Assembly (NCBI RefSeq): GCF_038025025.1
Contig: NW_027117347.1
Location: forward strand, 62,001-126,000
Length of the DNA: 64,000 bases
DNA from: Phyllosticta citribraziliensis
Taxonomy: Eukaryota
Reading direction: 5' to 3'
The notes under the pieces were generated by a model that did not search any database, had not been told where the DNA came from, and saw only the letters and a list, made by a program, of their open reading frames with translations. Shown one piece after another: positions 39,859 through 49,251 of this stretch (position 1 is the first letter of the stretch; each line of letters begins with the position of its first letter). The position numbers and the translations under genes are program-made.

Positions 39859-40612
39859 TCATCCTGATGCTCCCGCCTTGGCTTCCTCGTACGCGGCCTT
39901 GGCCTCCTCAGCCCTGGCCGCTGGAAGCAGCTTGAGGGCGCGGCGCCACTCATCCTGGATGCGCTCATTGGCAATGGCAAGCTGGATCAAGTGGTTGGTC
40001 ATGGTGATGCGGTAGTCACGGAGGCTCTTAGCGCGCGCGGCCATCAACTCGGCGGCTGGCGAGTCGTCGGGCGCCTGGTTGGGCTCGCCAACGGAGACAT
40101 CTTCGTCATCGGCGGCGTAGGTCTTGATGTCAACGACAAACTTCTCAAAGACCTCGAGCTCCTCCTTCTTTGCATCAAGAAGGCGAGCAAAGGTTTCATT
40201 CCAGAGACTTATGGCGGCCAAGGCGCTGTCACGGTTGAGCAAGAGCTGGTGGGCAATGTGTGCCGTGTCCTGGAAGCGCGAATCCTTTTCCAGGAGCTCT
40301 GCAACGGTATCGACCATCTGGCCGCCGAGCCGTTCGACCTCTGAGACGTGCGCCTCGATTTCGGGCGTCAAGGCGTTGAAAGCAAGCTGGCTGTCGGTGC
40401 GGGCATTGTATTGGGCTTTGGACAAGTTGTTGAGATCCTCATACGCGTCGGTTATCTCTCCAAAGAGGCGAGCGATGTTGGAGCGCGAGAACCGGAATTG
40501 CTCGGGGTCGGACTGGTTGTCGGCCACCGGGGATTGCGCGGGGCTTTGATCAGCCACTTGCAGTCGTTAGTCCATGCTAAAGTTCATATAGTAGCATAAA
40601 GAAAGGCTTACT
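39859..40612 (-). CDS. Intact helical/coiled-coil orphan protein (232 aa), family C-domain member
   Basis: Long open frame lacking a 5' ATG. A 55-nt intron 40611-40557 (GTAAGC..CTAAC..AAG) would create A|TG. QYNAR..FNALTPEI resembles de-RIPed QYNVH..INNLIPEI (~4656-4596, -). Confidence 0.75.
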
Positions 40613-40799
40613 TGTTCTTGATGGTGGGTCGTAGAAGGCTGTCGGTGATGGATCTGAACAACACGAGGTTGAGAGTTGAGGGCCGGGCCGCCGTACGGAG
40701 ACAGTGGCGAGGAAAAAGGTTGCGCCGGTGACTGCTGAGGTGCAGGCAGGCCTCGCCGGTACTGCTAAACCAACAACTCAAGAATCGCCTGACCTCCAC

Positions 40800-41414
40800 T
40801 CCAAACACGAGCAGTCGAATTCATCATGAACCTGGTCGACGCCATCTGCAAGAAAGACTTTCCCGCCTGTCACATATCCCAGCATGTCGTCTTCTCTTGC
40901 TGGATGCCACAGCAGGGATGGGTGGCAGAGATGCTGATCAACCGACTGGGAATGGGTTACACCAGCAGCGGATACGGCTTTTCATACCATCCTGCCGGCC
41001 GCAGCAACGCCAGCGCTGCCGGCTACACCAGCATGGACTACGACAGGTGGGCTGGCATGGCCGAGTTATACACGCCGTTCATGGGTATGTTCATCCAGGT
41101 CCAGCTACATGAGCTAACACACGGTAGTACAAGGAGAGGAGCGCAAGAGTCTCCAGAAGGACGCCATTGCCAAATTCAGGACGGAGGTGCTCGACAAGAT
41201 GGAGGAGGAGTTGAAGGCGCGAGAAGAGGGCATTCGCCTGCGCGCTGAAGTCGACGAGGCAAAGGCTACGAAGGCGCGTTGGGCGCAGGGGGACAACCAG
41301 GCCATCAAAGAGGCGAATGAAGTGATCCGAGGGCGCCAACAAGAATCCTTTACTGAGGAAGCTTGCGGAAGCGGTGGCCAAGCACGGCGGAGGATTGGAC
41401 AAGGGCAATGCTGA
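40800..41414 (+). pseudogene. Family A copy, 5'-truncated, frameshift before the coiled-coil tail
   Basis: ORFs 40826..41248 and 41187..41414 carry conserved motifs shared with 1045-1325 and 32.2-32.5 kb. Confidence 0.7.
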
Positions 41415-44112
41415 AACCCAAGGTTGAGCCGGTCGGTCTGGAAGCCTGCCAGTAGGAAGCGCTCCGGCAGGATTTGGGTCCGGACGTGATGGAAGCTCGA
41501 TTTCCAGAGTCGAGGGCGAGTGTGTGGCTGAACGGCCCGGATTAAGGTCAGGCGTCTTCCACTGGTAGTCGACTTGGGCGTGATGTTGGGAGCTTTCCGC
41601 ACTCCACGCGTGGGCCAGACATCAACAAATGGACGAATCTTGACAAAATATCCAGACACGGCCAAGTCAAGTCCAAGCTTCGGTCCGTTCGGTCAAGGGG
41701 ACGAACAGGCGTCTCTCCCAGGATAGCCAAGCACTGTAACGAGGGAAGAAGTGGCAAGCATCGAGCAAGAGATGGTCTGCCTGTTGACCAGCGCGTCGCC
41801 GAGGTTTGGATATGCAGTGACGAGTCAAGACGACGCATCCAGCAACACGAGCATTCGTTGAACGAGACTTCCAGGGGCTTGCTCTTTGCGTGGGTCTTCA
41901 ATATCCGATTCGAGTCAGGGTGAAATACATTGACAGCGTCAAATGAAGCCTGCATTGCCAGCGAGGCTACGGTGCTGTGGTCGGGTAGTGGAGCTTTGCA
42001 TGCACGCAGCTCAGATGGTGCTGCGTCCTCAGTAGGGCGGTCCAACATCCGAGTTACGAACCGAGGACTAACTGGAAGAGGAAGTTTGCAGGGATAAGCT
42101 CAGGATCCACGTACCAACACGGACCAAACTCAAGGGACAGTCCTTGATGTACTCAGCCCTCCGAAAGAGTACAAGTACAACCACGACCATGCGGACGCAC
42201 AGGATGCATGCGTTTCCACCGCAATCTCCGTGGCAAGTCTTCAGTGGCTTGTAGACGGGCTTCCATATTGAATCTTGGCCACCCTCCACGGAAAAAACGG
42301 GTCCGCGTCGTGGCCGAGCAGAATTGTGTGCCCACGACAAGTCGGGTGTACGAGGAGCGATCACGCAATCGTCGACCACGATGCGCTGAAAAGTCTTCGA
42401 GCAACTGCGGCTGAATGTAGAGCTCCAGACGATATCGCCGTGCAACCGACGTTGCGCGATGGGAAGAAAGACGGGTCATGACCTCTAGGTGGCTGCACTG
42501 GACTGCCAGCCATGACGATGACAGACGTCTGGATGGCGGCAGGTGGAGGCCGGCCGGGTCGATCGTAAGGGCGCGGTTTTGAAAGGCTGCAGGACGACAA
42601 CGAAAGCTACATGTCAGAATTGCCAAATACCGAAGAGGCGGGGGACATTCTCTCCAGAAGCGGGCGCTTGTCATGCCAAGGCATGTCGAGGTGAGGGTAG
42701 CCGTGGAGGTAGGACAGACCTTGGCTGTGCATTAGTCGAGGTGTTGAGGGTCGTAGCGGTAGGACGGCGGGATTCTTTCTCAAGATTAAGATTCGGGTCA
42801 GACCTCGGTGGAATGCGTTTGAGACGCGCGGCGAGTTGACCAAGCTTGGGAAAGAGTGATTGTTTCCTGCCAGAGACAGCGCTGGCGTCTGGAGGTGGAT
42901 TTCGGCCCATACACCAGGGTACTGCATCTTCCAAATTGTCCGTGCCTGGCCCACCATTGCTTCTGTGCCATGCAAGAGGTCAAATGATGGTGATTCGGCC
43001 ACACGAGCTGAGCAATGCTCTCGTCCACACCCGAGTGCGCCGGCACCAGCCCACCCGTCCAGATGTCTACCAAGACCACGGCTCAACCCATCGGAAACAG
43101 CGTAGACCTCTTTCTCTGCGGCTCGGCGACAACCCCAAACAGCCAGCATCCCAGAATCCAGTATGTGAATCGAGACCACTCGTTCGACAGGGATACGTCA
43201 TCTCTTTTTCCAGACGGCAAGTCCAGTATGTGCATGGCCACTCGCTCGAGAGATCCGTCGTGCTCTTCTCAGGACGCAACCCTGACAGGCCAAGACGAGC
43301 CCTCAGACCAGCCCAATCCACCATCTTCAAAGAAGTTTCATTGTAGGGCTCGTTTCGTATGCTTCGATCGTCGGAGACGTAGCTGGCAGGTCACGTAAAG
43401 GGCGGGGTTTGTTCTTGGAGGAGGCGATTCATAGCTCTACATCACGAAAGGTCAGCACGACGGAAGTTTGAGAGGATCGGAATGGCGTACTGACCTCTGG
43501 TGGGCGGAGTAGCAAGGCGAGTTGAAACGCCATTCGGCCGAGACGGCCCGGGAGGGTCGGTCCGTCGGCCATTGACCGCGCACGGCAACCAATTCCACTC
43601 AACCCACACCGTTCAACACCAGTTTCCTTCTCAACAACGCGCGGTACAAGTCCAATCGTGTCCACTTCCTCGAAGACGAGAAAGAGGTGGCTTTGGGGCT
43701 GCACGACGCACCACCGGAAGACTTTTCGCAGGAGACCATCCGAGTATCCATGACGAGTAACGAAGCCCGACGCCTGCTTCGGCATTCGTAATGAGCCACG
43801 ACTACGACCGCGACCACGAATCCCCGTCATCCTGACCAGGCCCTCGCCTTCACCCATTTTGCGCTGCTAGAGCGTGGATTGGGTGTTGTGGTTCAATCCC
43901 TCAATTCCCAGAAATGATTCTGACTTCTACAGGGAATGCTCGAGCGACGACCCTGGCCAGTGTTCGAGATCCAACGGACCGATTTGCCACGCCGGCAATG
44001 TGAGAAAAAGGACAACCACGCGTCGAGTACAATACAATCCAATTCTGACCCTCGCGATACAAGGCCCCTCGCGTCGCTGCGCGACCTCGCGACAACCATC
44101 GCTGCACCGGAC

Positions 44113-46464
44113 TCAAGAATCCGGACACAAATCATAATTGCCCTCCAAATTATTCCCCCACCAGCTCGGCATGGGCCTCGAAGACCCCCCCGCACCCAAC
44201 ACGGCAAACGACAACAAAAACAAAACAAACAGGGCGGCGCCGTCCCACGCCCCGGTCACCAAGTACGAGTAGTCGCGGAAGATGCGCGGCTTGTAGTTGC
44301 GCAGGTAGTACTGCACGGTGAAGCCGGCCGTGACCTGGCTCAGCAGCACGCACGTCTGGCTGGCGTTGTACGGGATGTAGCCGGAAAAATTAATCAGGTG
44401 CGGCACGTTGAGTTCGCGGAGCATGCGGCCGGGGATGAAGTGGACGACCAGCCGGTGGAGGACGACCAAGCCGGCGCCGATGCCCAGGCCGATGGAGACG
44501 GCGGCATAGCGGGCGCCCACCTTGTAGAGGTAGTCGGCGAGGGCCCACGAGGCGGCGTTGGTGTTGTACGACTGAATGGTGGCGCCGCTCCAGGAAGAAT
44601 CGCCGTTGCCTTTGGCGAGCAGCTCCTTATTCCCGGTGACGATTGAATCCATGACGGCGTAGTTGATGAAGCCGCCCAGGATCGTGCCGTAAATCTGCGT
44701 CAGGAACATGACGCGAGGGGGAATTTTGACTGCTGGTCAGCAGGGATTTCAAGACGGGACGAAAACTTACGGTATTCTCCCAACTTCAGGTCGTTGCAGA
44801 GGTCGACGCAGCTGGAAATGACATTGTGCGACCAGGCGGCAAAGTACATGTTGCCGACGGGGCGGCCGGGAAGGATGAGACCGGCCATCATCTTGGACAA
44901 GTTGTTGGTGGCGATGCCGGTGCCGAAGCGCGAGTAGAGAATCGTACTGAAAGGAGCAATGAAGATTCCCAGCGCCAGCGACACGATGAAGCCGCCGGCG
45001 GAGAGGGTAATGTTTTCTTTGAGGACGACGACCAGGCCGAGGATGAAGCTGATCAGGAGGACCCCAACATACCACGTCCAATTGACTTCCTTGTAGTGCT
45101 TGGCCATGTGTTCGTGGTGGGGATCGTCGTAGGTGCCTTTCCTCGCTCTCTTGTATTGCCTGACAATGTCTCCGCCCCAAAAGAGGATGCAGTGGGCAAT
45201 CAGGGCGCCGATCGCAGCATTGGCCATCATCATGGAATATGCAAACGTTCCAGCCAACCTGGGCAGGCCGTGCTCGGCGAGAGCGTCCTTGTCGAGGATA
45301 CCTCCAACAAACACTTGAGTGGTGGGGTAGGCCGATCCATTGTCCGTTCGAAGACTGGTGGACATGAAGGGGAGATCTCGAGACCCCCAGACATTTCCCC
45401 AATAGATGCCGGCCATGGCACAGAAGCAGATGAGATACCCCAGAGCCCGGTGGACTTGCAACTTCAGCGGCAATGCGGTTGCATGAGAGGTTATGTACTG
45501 CCAGTCAAAAGACAAACTGAACAAGCCGAGACCTTCATTGTTGGAGGCACCGCCAAAGACTTGGGTCAAAGTCTCCCCAGTCGAACCAGTGGCCTTCATC
45601 GAGGCCAGACAAGGAATGGAAACCGAATTCAACCACGGCCAGACGTATGCCGGGAGCCATTCGTAGGCAAACATGCTTCCAAAGGCGTACCAAAAGTAGC
45701 GGAGCGGCTTCGAGTCCTTGAGATTGTCCCAGTGCAATCCCTGCAGCGTCTTGACCGTCGGCAGTGAACCCCAAAAGACGGCCTCGACGTGCCAGACGGC
45801 AATCGGGCGAATCAGGCCAGCCAGTCCGTATCCAAAGAGACCAATCGAGATGGTGGCGAGGATGACGGCGACAGCACCAACCGGCAGGTCGTAAAACAGC
45901 ATTTGTGCGGCAAAAACCTCAGAACTGGCAGCGGCTTCAGAGGCGGCCGTAGCAGTAATGGCGCAAATGGCGTGTTCCTTGAGACCCCAAGGTCCGGGAT
46001 TGAACGAGATGAGAGCCCGCAGCCAAAGAGGCTTTCCCTGACCACCTTGAGCCCTCCATCGCGCCTCGAAATGGTCACCGCGGGGAAGAAACGACGCCCA
46101 CGCCTTGCCGAGGAAGTAGGCGATGAGAACGATGAACGTGCCGGAAATGTCGGCGCTGGTCGGTTTGAACTACATCCGTCAGTGAGACATCCATGCATTC
46201 TTCAACACAGCATACCCTGTAGATTTGATACATGACAGCCTGGAAACAGCAGAGGATCGTGGCCAGAAACATGCTGCGAAAGGTTACGGCCGGGTCGAAA
46301 TCATCCCGCAGAGGCAGTAGTCGCCTGGCAGCGTCGGCACCAGTGATGATGATGGAATTGTCGCTGTCATCATCCTCCCTCTTTTCGCTGTCAATCGGGG
46401 ACACGTTAGCGTCAGCCGTCTTGACCTCCTGGTCTTGACTGGCGATGATCTCTTCAACCGCCAT
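44113..46464 (-). CDS. OPT-family oligopeptide transporter (multi-exon)
   Basis: Motifs RDDFDPAVTFRS, NPGPWGLKEHA, NEGLGLFSLSFDWQYI, DLKLGEY and YLVTGAWDG. Many TM helices. Short GT-AG introns near 46.2 and 44.75 kb. Confidence 0.93.
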
Positions 46465-47574
46465 GGTGAGGAACGAGCTGCTCAACTTGATGGGTGGCAA
46501 GGATCTTCATATCCATATGTAAAGATGCACACGTGCAAGATGCAAGATAACAATAAAAATTCGCAATCGCACGCCTTCATAGCCGAAGAGAAAAGTGGAC
46601 GACAACTTTATACCCTTGACTCGTCTAGGACTGAATGGAACAACTCCACGCCACCTCACGATTGCGCCGTCGGAAGTAACGCTGTAGGTAGACTTGTCCT
46701 TGACGAGATTGGCCCGAGCGATGGTGTGTTGCGGCACGAACAAGCTTGTTATCGGGCTCGGGGACTTCTCCAATGGGTAGACGTGTGGCCGGAGTTGTTC
46801 TGGGGTTGGTGGCCTGGACTGCGGCGTGATTGACCTGCAGCTCATGGTTGCAACAGTCTACAGCGTGAATATCCAGTGAACATCCAGTGAACATCAGCAA
46901 ACATCAAAACATCAGCAAACATCAGCGTCCAGGATCAAGGAGGTGTGGCGACGAGAGTGGGAGACGCGAGACCGAAGGACGTGCGTGCGGGGCTTGCGCT
47001 AAACTTTGCTGGGACTTTTGCCGCGGAGACCTTCAACACCACGACGACCGACGCTACGACAGACTTTGAAGCATGTCGCCATGTCGCGCACGTCTAAAGG
47101 GTTGGCTTGACATGAGGACGGGAAGAAATTGCTGTAAAAAGATGTCCACCAGAAGGAAACTCCTGGGCCAAGCCTCCACCCGCGCCAAGGGAACCAAGTC
47201 TGAAAGAGAAGCTTGATCATCATTCGGGAGATCTGGTTGGAGGACTGTCGAACAGCTCCACAGAGGAAGGGGCCCGGAGCTTGACTGCGAAGTGGATCAA
47301 TGCACACCTTTTGAAGCCGAGCGGAATCTCAAGTGGTCAAACACAAGACAAATGTCAGCCTTGCTTCATCATCTTCCGCCTCCAGCTCCTCAGTTGCACT
47401 CACCCTCCCGCGGTAGGCTTCTCTCCGGGCGACCTCTGGCGTTTTGAAGCGGACCTTTCCATGCAGCTCAACTTACCTACCAAACCAAGCACCTATTCAC
47501 CTGGTCAGCCAAACCATCTGCGTACCAAGGGATGCTCCGGCATGCGCGAGACTCGAGTGATTAATCTCGGTAGG

Positions 47575-47799
47575 ATGCCGCCGAGAACCCTCGGAGAGTG
47601 TTTGAATTCTGTGCTGTCGACAAGTGCACAATACGCGCTTACATGGAGAGGCAAAGGCCAACGAGGCGACCTCCAACAGCGCGGATGGCGCCGGCCGGTC
47701 ACAAGCTCGCCAGCCAAACAGGACAACCCCGAGAGCAGCGACACGAGCAGCAAGGCGAGAGAGATCAAGAACGCTGCGGTCCAGACTGAGGGAGAATAA
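47575..47799 (+). pseudogene. Family G copy, frameshifted
   Basis: MPPR start, TIRAYMERQR (cf. SINAFMEKHR) in a second frame, and an end SSDTSSKAREIKNAAVQTEGE* (cf. DSNTSKAVETKDAGLQTEGA*). The 3' flank is also similar to 29.75-29.81 kb. Confidence 0.75.
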
Positions 47800-47916
47800 G
47801 CAGCTAGGTAGTCAGTCCAATGAAGCGTCAGCCATCTGGAACAAGGCCGCAAGACTGTGACTGGTCTTCAATGTTCATGAACATCCCGGAAAAAGACTCA
47901 GACAACGCAACACCGT

Positions 47917-47982
47917 ACAAGAACACCGACAAGAACACCGACAAGAACACCGACAAGAACACCGACAAGAACACCGACAAGA
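47917..47982. repeat. Perfect 12-bp tandem repeat x5.5 (acaagaacaccg)
   Basis: Directly visible. Confidence 0.97.
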
Positions 47983-48295
47983 GAAAAAAATGCAGCAGTG
48001 GATGCTCCGACAATGTACGTTGCCACACAAGCAACAAAGGCTGCCATGTTGTGGAAGTGTATAATTTCCAGAATCTATGCTGTGGCTACCACAAAGGCGT
48101 GTTTGCTCCCAGAGGAGCTTGTAGCAGACCCTCGTTGAAGCAGGCAGACAATGTATGCATGCTGGCCAAGTCGATCATAGGCGCGCACCTTCGAGATTGA
48201 CGACCATCGATTTGTAGGCCGTCGGCAAGGCTTGTCTTCTTTCCCTGAGCTTTTGTCGTCTTTGGTCGATTTGGAAGGAAATCCGGTGTTCGTGC

Positions 48296-48958
48296 TCAAA
48301 GACTATCTCTGCTTGCTCCGAGGTCTTCCAAGGTCATCCACTCCATTCCTGGTGAAGCTTCCTTAGCCTGGTTGGCGAGCTCCCGCATGACGGCGGCATG
48401 AGCACCCATTGCGTTGATCTTTCGGAGAATGTCCTTGCGGGATTCACCAAACTTGGAAATGATCTCACCGGCTTCTTTCTCAAAGTCTGAGGCGGCTTCC
48501 TTGAGCTTCTTGAACTCCTTTGTATGCTCGAGAGACTGAGCTTGCGACTTGGCCGCCTCATCCATGATGCTGGCTTCCTTCTCGATGTAGGAGTCGGTCG
48601 TGTTGTCAAAGTCTATGGCCATCAAGAGCAGGTTCGTTCTGGCGAGCTCCATGTCGTAGATGAAATACTGGACGGCGGCTGCTAGCTTCTGCCACTCTCT
48701 GATGGTATTTCCCATCCTGTCGCTATATTCGCAGATGCTCCATTTGGTTGGCTCAGTAATGTCCGTCCTCGTTGACGGCACCATTTCCGAGGTACGAAAT
48801 GTTTCGATTTGCTCTTTGAAGAGTTGTTTGTAATCCGCGTAAGCCTGTACGACATGCTCGAGGACAGTATCGATTTTTTCGAACATGATGTCGTGCTGGG
48901 CGAGAATCTCACTGGCGCTGGGTGAATCTCCAGGTGGGTCACCCGGCTCAGATGCCAT
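48296..48958 (-). CDS. Intact coiled-coil orphan protein (220 aa)
   Basis: Open ATG-TGA frame with helical, E/K-rich composition. A probable GC-AG 5'UTR intron 49009-48959 (GCAAGT..CTAAC..CAG) abuts the ATG. Layout is like the 232-aa gene (S/P-rich start, then VxxAYxD). Confidence 0.75.
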   Translation of the reverse strand: MASEPGDPPGDSPSASEILAQHDIMFEKIDTVLEHVVQAYADYKQLFKEQIETFRTSEMVPSTRTDITEPTKWSICEYSDRMGNTIREWQKLAAAVQYFIYDMELARTNLLLMAIDFDNTTDSYIEKEASIMDEAAKSQAQSLEHTKEFKKLKEAASDFEKEAGEIISKFGESRKDILRKINAMGAHAAVMRELANQAKEASPGMEWMTLEDLGASRDSL

Positions 48959-49251
48959 CTGTCGTTTGTTAGTATTGCCTCACCTGGCCACTTTTGCCAG
49001 TCGACTTGCCTTTGACGATGGAGATGAGAACGTAGCGGATGTTGGTGGATGCGCGAAGATGAGGGTGGAGGAAGAGGGTGTAAGAATTCATCGCATGGGT
49101 TTGGGCGTGAAGTACCGCCCGCGCCGGCGCCAATATTCAAGCCAGTCCACTCAACACGCCGCTCCACTCACTTCCAACCCACGGCTCTGCATCTCCCGCG
49201 CAATGACGACTGCTCCGTGCCGCCCTGGTCTCACCGTCTCAACACTGTCGA

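Noticed and set aside
43750..43795. VTKPDACFG resembling a PD-(D/E)xK nuclease motif
   Set aside because: Short, in a stop-interrupted frame, with no downstream ExK motif.
21274..43900. Endogenous DNA virus
   Set aside because: No capsid, polymerase, helicase or packaging ATPase motifs. Several genes have host-like spliceosomal introns.
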